From: an uncultured delta proteobacterium | GTDB taxonomy: Bacteria; Desulfobacterota; Binatia; Binatales; Binataceae | DNA: 64,000 nucleotides | Reading direction: 5' to 3' | Assembly (NCBI GenBank): GCA_963710425.1 | Contig: CAVQAR010000036.1 | Span: 34,416 to 98,415 of the forward strand | Shown here: positions 1 through 12,393 of the stretch, one piece after another | Position numbering within the stretch: the first letter of the stretch is position 1 | Layout: each line of letters starts with the position of its first letter | Position numbers and translations under genes: made by a program | Notes under the pieces: model-generated | Told to the model about the DNA's origin: nothing | What the model saw: only the letters and a program-made list of their open reading frames with translations | The model's database searches: none

Positions 1-871
1 GTGTACGATCGCGCGCACGCGCCGTGGACCTTCCTCCCGTTCCTGCAGCGGGTTCGCAAGGGCCATTTCGACCTGGTCATCGATCTGCAGCGTCATCTCA
101 AAAGCGGATTCACTTCGCGAATCTCGGGCGCGCGCGATCGTTTCGGTTTCGACGCGGCCAACACCAAGGAATTCAATCACTGGTTTTCGAATCACCGGAT
201 CGCGCCGCAGCCGAATATGCGTCTCAAGATCATGCAGTACCAGGCGTTTGGCGACGCGCTCGGCCTTGCGCAATCGCCAATCGAATTTGGCCTTGCCGCG
301 ACCGACGACGAGCGTGCGCGCGCGCTCGCGATGCTTGCCGACGCGCCGCGCCCGCTGCTGGCCGTGATTCTTGGATCGTCGTGGCCGAGCCGCATTTATT
401 TTCCCGAATCGACCGCTGCGGTGATTCGACGGCTCGCGCGTCGCCGACGGCGACAGTCCCGCGCTGTTTCCGGTGTTGCTCGGCGGTCCCGACGAAACCA
501 AGCTCGCCGGCGAGGTCATGCGCCATCTCGACGGCGTCCCCGCACTCAATCTTGCCGGACGCACGTCGCTGCGCGATTTGATCGCGATCTTTCCGGAATG
601 CGCCGTCGCGTTCGGACCCGACTCCGGCCCGATGCATATCGCGGCCGCCGTCGGATGCCCGGTGGTATCGCTGTGGGGCGCCACCGCTGCCGAACGCTCT
701 GCGCCGTGGGGGTTTGCAGACCTGGCGATCAGCGGCGAGATTCCGTGTCATCCCTGCTATCTTCGTAAATGCCCAATCGGGCGCGAATGCATGCGGCGAA
801 TATCCCCCGAAGAAGTCAGCGTCGACCGTAAGGCGCGCACTCGCGATGCGCGGGGCGGAGCCGCGCGATGA
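1..871 (+). CDS. GT9 family LPS heptosyltransferase (5' partial, frameshifted near 440-470)
   Basis: ORF 1..768 has FDLVIDLQ and ARDRFGF; ORF 473..871 has LNLAGRTSL and GPDSGPMHIAAAVGCPVVSLWG, typical of the WaaC/WaaF family. Confidence 0.85.
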
Positions 872-1738
872 GCTTGTGGATGGCGGGCCTGGACGGGGTG
901 CCGTTGAACGCGCGGCGGATGGAGCTTTCTTCATCCCCGGCTACGACGCGCGATTTTCTGAGGAGCTGCGCGAGAGCTGATCGATTCCGCTTTCGCCGCA
1001 ATCGACGGCACAATGGCGACTCGGGTGCGCCGCTCGCGTCACGCCGAGACCTGGTTCAAGCATTTCGATCACGGGGTCTGAAAGCGTACTTCAAAGTGCT
1101 CGACCCGATGCGCGGGCTGAATCGTGCCAGGGGGATATTCAAACGCAAGCGCGCGGCGCATGTCGCGGCGATCTCGGAGCATCTGCGGGCCGACGGCGAT
1201 GGGCGTTCCGGAAATTCTGCTGCTCGGCGCCGAGCGCCGCGGCGGCCGCGAGATAATAGTGACCGCGCGGGTCGACGGATTTAATCTTGTGCGTCATTTG
1301 AAGCGCGCGAAGCTTGCGTCCAGGCGCGTCGTGTTGCGCGCGCTCGGCGCGGAGGTCGCGCGGCTGCATCGCGCCGGATACATCCACGGCGACCTGACGC
1401 CGTACAACATCTTCGTCACCGGGCTCGAGCCGCCGCAATTTGTTTTCATCGATCACGAACGCACGCGGCGCACGATTCTGAGCCGCTTCGAGCGGCCGCG
1501 GATGCGCAACCTGGTTCAGCTGGGGCATCTCGACGTCGCCGGCGTCACCAATACGGATCGGATGCGCGTGTGGACCGGCTACTGCCGCGCAGTTTTCGGC
1601 GCGACGCCGGACGGCTGGAACTGCGCCGCGTCGCCGCGATGCTTGCGGCGCAGAATGACGCTCGAACGCAACAGCGCGGCGGTGGCGGCGCGAGCGTCGT
1701 CGTCGCTCGGGCAGCATCGGGAGGCGAGGGGAGGCTGA
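868..1738 (+). CDS. LPS kinase, Kdo/WaaP/InaA family (frameshifted near 1200)
   Basis: LHRAGYIHGDLTPYNIF...FIDHE kinase motifs in ORF 1124..1738; N-terminus in ORF 868..1284. Confidence 0.75.
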
Positions 1739-2432
1739 TGGCGGAGCGGACGAAAATTTCCGTGGTGATTCCGGTTTACAACGAGGTCGCGACGATCGGC
1801 CGCGTGATCGAGCGCGTGCTCGATTGCGGATTCGACCCCGAGATCATCGTGGTCGACGACGCCTCGACCGACGGCACCGCGAAGTTTCTGCGCGAGTTCA
1901 GCCATCCGCAGGTGCGATGCTTTTTTCACAGCGACAATCGCGGCAAGGGCGCGGCGCTGCGGCTGGGATTTGCGGCGGCGAAAAATCCTTACGTGTTCGT
2001 GCAGGACGCCGACCTCGAATACGATCCGCGCGACTACGCGCGCGATGATTGGCCCGATGCTCGACGGGCGCGCCGACATGGTTTACGGATCGCGCTTTCT
2101 GTCGGGCCCGCATCGCGTCATGTTCTTCTGGCATTACGTGGCGAATCGCGCGGTGACCCTGCTCTCCGACATGATCAGCGATCTTGAATCTGACCGACAT
2201 GGAAACCGGGATGAAGGGATTCGTGCGCGAGAAGCTGATGACGCTCAAGCTCAACGCCAATCGTTTCACCTTCGAGCCCGAGATCACCGCCAAGGCGGCG
2301 CGCGCGCGATGGCGAATTTACGAAGTGCCGGTGTCGTACTCGGGACGGACCTATGAAGAGGGCAAGAAAATCGGCATTCGCGACGCGCTGACGGCGGTGT
2401 GCGCAATCCTGTATTACAGATTTTTCGATTGA
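1738..2432 (+). CDS. GT2 family glycosyltransferase, DPM1-like polyprenol-phosphate sugar synthase (frameshifted)
   Basis: ISVVIPVYNE, IIVVDDASTDGT, NRGKGAAL, QDADLEYDP, VYGSRF, DMETG, FTFEPEITAK spread across three frames. Confidence 0.9.
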
Positions 2433-2449
2433 TGCGACCGAACTGCAAG

Positions 2450-3639
2450 ATGACGCAGACAGTTCAACATGACGACGCAATCCAAGTGACTGCCCGACAG
2501 CGACACGACTGACGCGCCGGCGCTGAGCGTCGTGGGCGTCGATCCCGAGCTGGGCTTCGCCGGCGGCGAGACGCAGGTGCTTGGATTGACGCTGGCGCTG
2601 GCCGCGCGCCGGCCATCGCGCGGAGCTGATTTGCGATCCCGCAGGACGGCTCTGGGAGCGGGCGACTGCCGAGGGGATAAGATGCCATCCGCTCCGCATC
2701 CGCAACGCGATCGACCTGGCTGCCGGGCGTCAAGCTGCGCGCGATTCTCAAGCGCGAACGCTACGACGTCGTTCATTTTCATACTTCGCGAGCGCATTCG
2801 ATGGCGCCGTTTGCGCGCGGCTTCGGCGAGCACGCTGATCGTCACGCGGCGGATGGACTACAGGCCCAATCGCGTGTTCGCGCCGCTTCTGTTCAATCGC
2901 GCGGTCGACGGCGTCGTTGCGATTTCCGAGCGGCGTTGCCGATTCGCTCGCGGCCGCGGGCGTCGATCGCCGGCGCGTCACGGTGATTCATAGCGGCGTC
3001 GATTGCGACCGCTTCCGCCCGCCAACGACCCAGGAACGCGCCGATGCGCGCGCCGCGCTCGGAATTTCAGACGGCGAGTTCCTGATTTCGGCGGTCGGCG
3101 CGCTCGAGCAGCGCAAGGGCCATCGCTATCTGATCGAAGCGATCGGCGCGCTCGCGGCGACCGGCGAAGTTCAAGTGTCTGATCGCGGGTCAGGGTGCGA
3201 TTCATGAAGTGCTGCAAGGCGAGATCGCGGTGATCCGAGATGCCTCGACCGCATCAAGCTGCTCGGCAGAATCGACGACGCCCGCGAACTGCTGTGGGCG
3301 TCGGACATTTTCGCGATGCCGTCGCTGAAGGAAGGGCTCGGCGTGGCCGCTCTGGAAGCCATGGCGAGCGGGCTTCCGGTAATCGCGAGCGATGTCGGCG
3401 GACTGCGCGAAGTGGTGGAAGACGAGCGCACCGGAATCATCGTGCCGCCGGCGAATTCCAGAGCGGATTGCGTCGGCGATTCAGACGGCTGGCGGAATCT
3501 GACCGGGCTGAGAGCGCAGATGGGCGCGGCGGCGCGGGCGCGCGTCGTGGAAAATTATTCGATGGAAAAGATGGCGGCGCGGACACTCGCGCTCTATCGC
3601 GCGTGTGTGCGAAAACGCGAAAGAAAGGGGCGAGAGTGA
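2450..3639 (+). CDS. GT4 family glycosyltransferase (several frameshifts; start approximate)
   Basis: GGETQV, VIHSGVD, VGALEQRKGH, MPSLKEGLGVAALEAMASGLPVIASDVGGLREVV. Confidence 0.85.
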
Positions 3640-3640
3640 C

Positions 3641-4518
3641 ATGAAAAGCATGACCGGATTCGGCAGGGCGATCGCCGAGCATGACGGCACGCGAGTGGTT
3701 GCCGAAGTGCGCGCGCTCAACCAGAGATTTTTCGAACTCAAGCTGGCGGTGCCGCGCGGATGGGGCGAGCATGAGGCGGAGATTCGCAAGACGGTGCAGA
3801 GTGTCGTCGCGCGCGGGCGGGTCGAAATTTTTATCAAGTCGGTCGCGCTGAAGCCGCCGCCGGTGCGGCTCGAGGTGAACGACCGGCTGGCGAACTTGTA
3901 CGTCGCCGAATTGCGCCGGCTGGGCAAGCAGCTTCATCTCGACGGCAATCCGGAAATTGGATCGATTCTGAATCGGCCCGAAATTTTTCACGTGGTCGAG
4001 GAGGAGCACGACTCGCGCACCGCCTTCAAGCTTGGGCAGAAGGCGCTGGTCGCGCGCATTGAAGGCGCTCGATGCGGAGCGCGTGCGCGAGGGCCGCAGC
4101 CTGCACGACGATTTCGCGACGCGGGTTCGCAAGATCGAAGCGGCGGTGCCGAAGATCGAAAAGCTGGCGGAGCAGTCGCGTGCGGAGATCATGGAGAACT
4201 TCCACAAGCGCATCCGCGAACTGCTCGAAGAGTTGCCGGTCAACGAGAAACGGCTCTATGAGGAGGCGTCGTCGGCGTCGCAGCACGGCGATATCAGCGA
4301 AGAGATCACGCGGCTGCGCACGCATCTCGAGGGCCTCAAGGCGATCGCTCAAGCGCAAGGGGCAGGTCGGGAAGTCGATCGAATTTCTGCTGCAGGAAAT
4401 CAACCGCGAAGTGAATACGATGGGATCGAAGTCGCAGAACGCGGCGTTATCTCAAGTAACGGTTGAAGTTAAGGCGGAAGCGGAAAAGATGCGCGAGCAG
4501 GTCCAGAACGTCGAATAG
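3641..4518 (+). CDS. yicC: YicC/YloC family endoribonuclease (frameshifted)
   Basis: MKSMTGFGRA N-terminus; C-terminal FLLQEINREVNTMGSKS...EKMREQVQNVE. Confidence 0.92.
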
Positions 4519-4549
4519 GGTATAGTGGAAGGGCCTTTGCACCTGGTCA

Positions 4550-5195
4550 ATGGCTTCGATACCTTTGAAATCAGATGATTCTTTGCCGCCGAGGCGCGGT
4601 ATAATTTTCATTCTCTCGGCGCCGTCGGGCGCGGGCAAGACGACGATTTATCGCGCGGCGCTCAAGGCGATCGCGGGTCTGGAATTTTCGATTTCGTTGA
4701 CGACGCGCGCGCCGCGAGAAGGCGAGGTCGACGGAATCGACTACAGCTTCGTGAGCGAGGAAGAATTCAAACGCAGGCAATCGTCGGGCGAGCTCGCCGA
4801 ATGGGCGCGCGTGTTCGAGTCATCGTACGGCACGCCGCGCGCGCCGCTCGACGCGGCGATCGCGTCGGGCCGCGACATCCTGCTCGACATCGACATCCAG
4901 GGCGCGCGGCAGATTCGCGACAGCTATCCCGCACGACGCGGTTTCGATTTTTGTTTTGCCGCCGACTTTCGAGGAACTCGCGGAGCGTCTGCGCGGCCGC
5001 GCGACCGAGGAAGAGTCGAAGATCCAGCATCGACTGCACAAAGCGCGCGACGAAGCCGAGGCCTATCCCGAATACGACTACCTGATCGTCAACGCCGAGA
5101 TTCCAAAATCGGTTGCGCGACTCGAAACGATCGTAAACGCGGAGCGGCTGAAGGTCAGCCGTCTGCGCGGCGAATTCGCGCCGTGGAAGAGCTAG
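4550..5195 (+). CDS. gmk: Guanylate kinase (frameshift near 4935)
   Basis: SAPSGAGKTT P-loop, SISLTTRAPREGEVDGIDYSF, LLDIDIQGA; C-terminus in ORF 4956..5195. Confidence 0.95.
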
Positions 5196-7409
5196 CGCAA
5201 AGCGGCACTCCCGACCAACTCGCCGGCCTGATCGGGCGGGTGCAGACCTACAATCCGCAGGCCGACATCGGCCTTATCCGGCGCGCCTACGATTACTCGG
5301 CGCGGATGCATGTCGATCAGAAGCGCGAATCCGGCGAGCCTTACGTCACTCATCCGCTCAACGTCGCGATGATCATCGCGCAGCTCAAGCTCGACGTGCC
5401 TTCGATCGTCACCGGCCTGCTGCACGACGTGGTCGAAGATACGCACGCGTCGCTGGCCGAGGTGCAAGCAGACTTCGGTCCCGAAGTCGCGCAGCTGGTG
5501 GACGGCGTGACCAAGGTTTCGAAGATCACGTTTCAGAGCCGCGAGGAGAAAGCAGGCCGAGAATTTCCGCAAGATGATCATCGCGATGGCGAACGACATT
5601 CGCGTCGTGCTGATCAAGCTCGCCGACCGCCTGCACAACATGCGCACGCTCGACCATCTCTCTGCCGAACGCCAGCAGGAAATCGCGCGCGAGACGATGG
5701 AGATTTACGCGCCGATCGCGCATCGACTCGGTATTTACTGGCTCAAATCGGAGCTCGAGGACCTGTCGTTTCGTTATCTGAATGCCAGTGCGTACCAGAC
5801 GCTGAAGGCGTTCGTCGCGGCGAAACGCAAAGAGCGCGAAGAATATATCGCTAACGTCATCGAAATTTTGTCGCGCCGCATGTCAGACAGCGGAGTGACC
5901 GCCGAGGTCACCGGCCGGCCCAAGCATTTCTTTTCGATTCACTCGAAGATGCAGGAGCTGGGGCTCAGCTTCGAGGAGATTTACGATCTGGTCGCGTTTC
6001 GCATCATCGTTGACACGGTGCGCGAATGTTACGAGGCGCTCGGCGTCGTGCACGCGAATTGGAAGCCGGTGCCAGGGCGCTTCAAGGATTACATCGCGCT
6101 GCCCAAGGCCAACATGTACCAGTCGCTGCATACCACGGTGATCGGGCCGCGCGGGCAGCGGATGGAAGTGCAGATTCGCACGCGCGAGATGCACAAGGTG
6201 GCGGAGGAAGGAATCGCGGCGCACTGGAGCTACAAGGACGGCAGCGCGCGCGACCTCAAGGAAAAGGACACCGAGCGGTTCGCGTGGCTGCGGCGGCTGA
6301 TCGAATGGCAGCAGAATCTCAAGGACCCGCAGGAATTTCTTTCGACGGTCAAGGACGATCTTTTTCCCGAGGAAGTTTTCGTCTTCACGCCCAAGGGCGA
6401 CGTGTTCGATTTTCCGCTCGGCTCGACCGTGATCGACTTCGCGTACCGAATCCATTCGCAGGTCGGGAACCATCTGGCGGGCGCGCGCGTCAACGGGCGC
6501 ATGGTGCCGCTGCGTTATCGGCTTCGATCGGGCGATACGGTCGAGGTGCTCACCTCTGAAAAGCAGGTGCCGGGCAAAGATTGGACGAACTACGCGGCCA
6601 CCGCGCGCGCGAAATCGCGCATCCGCCAATGGCTGCGCAATCAGCAGGCGGAACGCTCGCGCGACCTTGGCATCTCGCTAATCGATCACGAACTCGAACC
6701 GGTCAAGCTCAGCGTCACGCAACTCAGATCGAACAAGCGGCTCGACAACGTTCTCGCGGAATTTTCGCGGCGCGACGTTGACAGCCTGCTCGCGGCGGTC
6801 GGCTACGGAATAATCACGCCGGCGCAGTTGCTCGGAAAACTTCTCACGCCCGACGAGCTGAAAATCTATCGTCCCGAGAAACCGGCGACGCCGCTCGGAC
6901 CCGCGCAACGGGAACGCGCCGCGAAGGAAGCGCGCAAATCCGCAAGCGGCGCGGTCGTGGTCTCGGGCGTCGGCGACATGCTGGTGCGATTCGCGAAATG
7001 CTGCAATCCGCTGCCGGGCGAGGCGATCACCGGCTTCATCACGCGCGGGCGCGGCGTTACGGTGCACGTCGCGGGATGCCCGCATGCGCTCAACACCGAT
7101 CCGCAGCGGCGCGTGCCGGTGGTGTGGAAGGACGGCGAGGAAGCGCCGCGCCCGATTCGGCTCGAAGTGCTGTGCGCCGATCAGCCGGGCCTGCTCGCGG
7201 CGATGACCAAGGCGATCGCGTCGGCGGGCGTGAACATCTCGACTGCCGAAGTGAAAACTCACGGCGCCGACGGACGCGCACTGGCGGTGTTCGAGGTCAG
7301 CGTGACCAGCGCGCGCCAGTTGAACAACCTGATGAACTCGATCGGCTCGATCGACGGCGTGATGCGGGTGTCGCGCCTCGGCCAGCAAAACGGTAATCGC
7401 TATTCATGA
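5183..7409 (+). CDS. rel: Bifunctional (p)ppGpp synthetase/hydrolase RelA/SpoT (frameshift near 5550)
   Basis: RESGEPYVTHP, LLHDVVEDT (intact HD), IKLADRLHNMRTL, RFKDYI, YQSLHTTV, TGS domain, CCNP motif, C-terminal ACT domain. Confidence 0.95.
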
Positions 7410-7789
7410 AAACTTCGATTCACACCAGGAAGGCGCCGGCTGCGATTGGTCCTTACTCGCAAGCGGTCGAGCAAAACGGGCTGATCTTCTGCTCGGGGCA
7501 AATTTCACTCGATCCGGCGTCGGGGACGATCGTCAAAGGCGGGATCGAATTCGAGACTCGGCGCGTGCTGCAAAACCTGGGCGAAGTGCTCGCGGCGGCC
7601 GGTCTGGATTTTGTCGATGTGGTCAAGACGACCATCTTCATGATCGATCTTGCGGAGTTTGAAATCGTGAACCGCATCTATGGAGAGCATTTCGAACCGC
7701 CGTATCCGGCGCGCTCGACGGTGCAAGTGGCGGCGCTGCCGCGCAACGCAAGAATCGAGATCGACGCGATCGCGGTGAAGCGCGACTGA
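7406..7789 (+). CDS. ridA: RidA/YjgF reactive imine deaminase
   Basis: APAAIGPYSQA, CSGQI, PARSTVQVAALP, IEIDAIA. Confidence 0.93.
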   Translation: MKTSIHTRKAPAAIGPYSQAVEQNGLIFCSGQISLDPASGTIVKGGIEFETRRVLQNLGEVLAAAGLDFVDVVKTTIFMIDLAEFEIVNRIYGEHFEPPYPARSTVQVAALPRNARIEIDAIAVKRD

Positions 7790-7798
7790 ATTCCCGGA

Positions 7799-8572
7799 TC
7801 ATTCCAGACTAAGAATCGACAGCGCAGCCGCGTCGAGAAATTTCCCTGACGGATCGAGCTTGCGTGCGGACCGCATCAGGCGCGCCGCGTTGGCGCGGCG
7901 CATCGCAGCCGACAACGGCGCGTCGAAGAGCCGCGACTTGTCGAGGTCGATGACAATCACACTGAAACTGTCGCGCGCTTGCGTCACCAGCAGGTTGTGC
8001 AGATTCAGATCGGCGTGAAAGAGACCCTTGTCGTGCATCGTGTCGATCGCGGCGCGCGCTTGTCCGAGCACGTGAGTGCGAACCGTTGGATCGTCGTCCG
8101 TTTTCAGGAATTCCCATAACGTCATGCCACGCACCGCTCGGGTCAGAAAAAATCCGCGATAAAGAACGGGACTGAGCCATTCGATCATCGCGCCCATCGG
8201 CTCGGCCACCGGAATTCCGCGGCGCATCGCTTCGACCGTCACCGCGAGTTCAGTCAGCGGACGCGGCGTGATGCCGAAGTAAACGTCGCTGAGGATCGAC
8301 GCGATCAGCCCGCCGCGACGTCCGCGACGCACGAATAGCTCGGCTCCGTCGCCGAGGTCTAGCCGATACGCGCTCTGCCGATTGCCCGCGCCCGCTTCCA
8401 CAGCGGAAGTCAGCGCAGTGAGCTGCCGCATGACCTGCGCAGCCTGCAGAGCGATATCGCGATGAATCACCAGCTCGCGGCGCCTGACCTTGAAGGTCGA
8501 GAAGTTCGGATCGGAGCGCCACTTCATTTGCGATGGCGGCCTCACGCCCGGGCTGCCTCGCTCGTTAGCCAC
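7799..8572 (-). CDS. Kdo kinase-like protein (KdkA/WaaP family)
   Basis: VRRGRRGGLI, ELAV, HADLNLHNLL, IDLDKS resemble KdkA motifs; lies at the end of the lipid A/Kdo run. Confidence 0.75.
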   Translation of the reverse strand: MANERGSPGVRPPSQMKWRSDPNFSTFKVRRRELVIHRDIALQAAQVMRQLTALTSAVEAGAGNRQSAYRLDLGDGAELFVRRGRRGGLIASILSDVYFGITPRPLTELAVTVEAMRRGIPVAEPMGAMIEWLSPVLYRGFFLTRAVRGMTLWEFLKTDDDPTVRTHVLGQARAAIDTMHDKGLFHADLNLHNLLVTQARDSFSVIVIDLDKSRLFDAPLSAAMRRANAARLMRSARKLDPSGKFLDAAALSILSLE

Positions 8573-9766
8573 AATGCGAACACAGCGGCCAGTGCGAGCA
8601 ATGACGAAATGAAATGCGCCGAGTAGAAGAGCGCGATGCGGTTCAAATAATTTCCTGTCGCGAGATTGAGCACCACGGAGAGCACGAACAGCGTCCAGAC
8701 TATCTTCGGCGCGCGCTTGTCAGCGCCTCGGTCGGTCACCAACGCCGCAGTCAGTGCCGTGTACGGTACGAGTATCGCCGCGTAGTAACTCTTCCAGGAA
8801 ATCGGCGCGAACGACGGCATCAGGCAGAACAATCCGCACAGCGCGAGGCGACCCGCGAATTTTTCGCGTGCGTCGCTCATCCAGTCCCAGAGCGACACTG
8901 CCGCGACCAGGATAATCTCGAGTCCCATTCCAACAATCGTCGCGGTGGCCGACGTTTCCGCCTGAGTACCGACGCGAAGACTCATCAGGCGCGCGACAGC
9001 GGACACGGCCGACTGGTTTGTGAGCATCGTGCGATATCGATTCGTCATTGAAGCGATCGCCGTGACGTACGCGCTGGTTTGATCGATCAATCCGTGCGGC
9101 CCGAAGATCACGATTGGCACGACCAGCAATGCGATCCCGGCGACGACAGACCATCCGAGCGTCGCGAAGTGCCGGCGAATCGCAAGATGAAGCGCGGCGA
9201 GTATCGCGAACGGCTTGATCAACACTGCCGCCGCGAGCATCAGACCCGCCCACGCATCGTGGGATTCGTCGGCATAGATGATTGTCCACACGATCGAGCG
9301 CGAGCGTCGGGAGATTGATCTGACCGTGATCGAAATTGTTGTCGATGAATCGAAATGAGAGCAGCACAGGGACGACGATCAGCGCGGCCGGAAGTTTTCG
9401 CTCGCGGCCAAACAAAATCACGCCTGCGCCGAGGATCAACTCGATCAACGAGAATGCGTTGATCGCGAAGAAGAAAAATTGCGCGAGATGGCGTGGCAGC
9501 AGCGCGAGCGGTGCGAACGCGATCGCAAAGATCGGTGCGTAGAGGAACCGATCGGAGTCGTCGGCTGGATAGATCGCATGGCCGAGAAGCACGCGATGCC
9601 CGGTGCGATAGTAAACGTTGAAGTCGCCTTGTGCGCGAAATGTCGCCGAGATGCCGAGCCCGACGAGGTAAAAGGCCAACGCGATCCACGCGAACTGGCG
9701 GGCGCGCGTCGCGTCGATCGCTTTCATCGCGGGAAGGAGACTGGCCGCGCGCCGCGGTGAGGTCAC
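8542..9766 (-). CDS. GT87/DUF2029 membrane glycosyltransferase (frameshift near 9300)
   Basis: GDFNVYY, FLYAPIFA, HGQIN, LIKPF, PISWKSYY; many hydrophobic segments. Confidence 0.75.
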
Positions 9767-9933
9767 GCGATCGGTTTGGCTTCCTCGATCAGCATGATTG
9801 GGATGTCATCGCGCACCGGATACACAAGTCTGCACGCGCTGCAGACCAGGCCGTCCTTCTGTTCGTTGAGATGCAGGTCGCCCTTACATTTCGGGCATGC
9901 CAGGATGTCGAGCAATTCCTGACTCAGCGCCAT
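9763..9933 (-). CDS. Trm112-like (YcaR) small protein, 56 aa; not in the ORF track
   Basis: Read by hand: MALSQELLDILACPKCKGDLHLNEQKDGLVCSACRLVYPVRDDIPIMLIEEAKPIA. Confidence 0.93.
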   Translation of the reverse strand: MALSQELLDILACPKCKGDLHLNEQKDGLVCSACRLVYPVRDDIPIMLIEEAKPIA

Positions 9934-9963
9934 CGCCGAAATCCTCCGAGAATTTTATTTTTT

Positions 9964-11082
9964 CTACTTCGCATCAGCCGTCGCCGTCCTCATGTGCCCA
10001 AGTATCAACTCGTCAAGCGCGCGCGCATCGGCCGCATCCATCGTCACTTCGAGCCTGAGAGCGTATAGCGAATCGCGCGGGAACGGAAACCGCTCGAGCT
10101 TGACCAGGTCCTTCTCGGTCGTGACGACGAGGTCGGCGTCGCGCATCGCGTTCACCATAGCCTGCCAGTCGGCGTTGGTGTAGGCGTGATGATCCGGATA
10201 TTCGAAAATGGCGACGAGGTCCGCGTCGAGCTCGCGCAGCATCGCGTAGAATCCGCTCGAATCGGCGAGGCCGCTGACCGCGAGCACGCGGCGTCCTACC
10301 AGCGTAAGCGGAGTTTCACGCCAGACTCCATTCTCGATACAGATGAGCGCCCGCGGCCGCACCGACGCATGAAGTACTTTGCGTGCAGTCAGCTTCTTCA
10401 TCTGCGCGGGCTGAATCGCAGATGTGTCAGCACTCGAGTTCATCACGATGATCGCGTCGGCACGCCCGACCGCTCGAAGCGGCTCGCGCATCGGCCCAGC
10501 CGGAAGCATCCAGCCATTGCCGAAACCGCTCCCAGTGCTGACCAGCAAAAGATCGACGTCGCGATTCAAGCGCACATGCTGAAAGCCGTCATCGAGGATC
10601 ACCGCGTCGAGCGGACCGAGCTTGCCGAGCAGCTCGATCGCGTCGATACGCCGGCGCGCAACCGCTATCGGACCGGTGAACGTCTTCGCCATCATCGCCG
10701 GTTCGTCGCCCGCATCTTCCGGCGCGATTTTCAATTGACCGCCGTCAGCCACGAGTTCGGCGCGCGCTTTCGATCTCGCGCGGCCATAGCCGCGGCTCAC
10801 GATTCCGACGCGCAGGCCGTGGCTCTGCAAGCGGCCGGCAAGAAATAACGTGAACGGCGTCTTGCCGGTTCCGCCGACGGTCAGATTGCCGACGCTAACA
10901 GTCAGCACCCCTGAACGCTGCTTCATGGTTCGCCAATACAAATGACGCGCGCCAACGCCGATTCGATAGAATCCCGCAACCGCCGCCAGGCCGATCCACG
11001 CAGGAAGCAGATGGACTGGAAGATCGCGTTGCCACAATCGCTCGATTCGTGGGCGATTCGGACTCGGCTCGTTTATGGGCAT
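9964..11082 (-). CDS. lpxK: Tetraacyldisaccharide 4'-kinase
   Basis: VSVGNLTVGGTGKTP, VSRGYG, GDEP, ILDDGFQH, GPMREP, YPDHH, TTEKD. Confidence 0.96.
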   Translation of the reverse strand: MPINEPSPNRPRIERLWQRDLPVHLLPAWIGLAAVAGFYRIGVGARHLYWRTMKQRSGVLTVSVGNLTVGGTGKTPFTLFLAGRLQSHGLRVGIVSRGYGRARSKARAELVADGGQLKIAPEDAGDEPAMMAKTFTGPIAVARRRIDAIELLGKLGPLDAVILDDGFQHVRLNRDVDLLLVSTGSGFGNGWMLPAGPMREPLRAVGRADAIIVMNSSADTSAIQPAQMKKLTARKVLHASVRPRALICIENGVWRETPLTLVGRRVLAVSGLADSSGFYAMLRELDADLVAIFEYPDHHAYTNADWQAMVNAMRDADLVVTTEKDLVKLERFPFPRDSLYALRLEVTMDAADARALDELILGHMRTATADAK

Positions 11083-11085
11083 CGG

Positions 11086-12341
11086 TCAGCCGAGATTAAT
11101 CAGCGCTTCGAGTTGCTTCAAGGCGAACTGTGCGCCGCCTGCATCTTTGCTGACGGACGCATGCGCGCTGCGCCCCGCCGCTTGCCGCGCCGCGTCGTCG
11201 CCCAGCCACTTCGAGGCTTCGCGAACTATGTCGCCCGCGTTCTTGACGATTCGCGCGCCGCCCGAACCGACAATCGACGCGACTATCTCCTTTTGGTTTT
11301 CGTGATACGGACCAATCAGCACGGGGACATCAACCAGCGCGGGCTCCGCAGGATTCTGCCCACCGCGTCCGGACGCGAGGCTGCCGCCGATGAACGCGAT
11401 CGCACCGCGACGATAAAAGCTGCGCAGCTCGCCCATCGTGTCGAGGATCAAAACGTCAACGTCGCGCGCCGCGCTCTGTGGAGCGAGTTGCGACGCTTTC
11501 ACGTAGTCGAGCGACGCCGCCCGCAGCGCGTTTTCGACGTCTGGCGTGCGATCGAGATGACGCGGAGCAATCGTCAATGCGAGCTGCGGGAAATCCTTGC
11601 GCAATTCGCGGTATGCATCTGCGATCACCGTCTCTTCGCCCGGCGCCGTCGATCCCGCGATAAGAATTTTGCGCCCCGACGCGAACGCAATCAGCTCCGA
11701 GCGAATCGCACCATCTGCCTGTGTCGTTTCGATTTTGGTGTTGCCGGTGACGATAATCCTTGCCGGGATATCGAATTTCACGTAGCGCCGCGCATCTTCG
11801 CGGCTCTGCGCAAGGATCAGGCTCGCTCGACTGAGCGCATTTTGGAACAGGCCGCGCGCACGCATGTAACGGCGCATCGAACGCTCCGATATGCGTCCAT
11901 TCACAACGGCGATCGTCGCACCCGCGCGCGCGGATTCGAGAAAATAGTTCGGCCAAATCTCGGTCTCTGTGATCAGCACCAGCCTGGGCCGCACGCGATC
12001 AGAAAAGATCGCACCGCGCGCTGATTGTCCAGCGGCGCGAGCATCCAAGCGGCAGCACCCGGGATTCGGCGCTGTGCCGCGTCGCGCCCTGTCGCCGTCA
12101 TCGTAGTGATCACCATGACCGCGCGCGGATAATGTTCGAGCAGCCCGATGGCGACCGGCCGAATCGCTTCGATCTCGCCGACCGACGCAGCATGAATCCA
12201 AATTCGCGGAGCGCCGACAGTATCCGGAAAATCGCCGTGACCCATCCGCTCGCGATAGTCCCGCATGTTCGCCGGATGCGCCGCCATCAGCGCGAACGGC
12301 AGCGCCGGGTACCACAGCAAGTTGTAGATCGCGCTTAACAT
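11086..12341 (-). CDS. waaA: Kdo transferase (frameshift near 11990)
   Basis: WIHAASVGE, TTMTATG, ETEIWPN, VNGRIS, TGNTK, IAPRH, DTMGEL, GGSL, GQNPAEPA. Confidence 0.93.
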
Positions 12342-12393
12342 CGGAGCTTTGTTGATCGGCGCGGCTGACGGTCGAATCTGCGGTCAGCGATGG

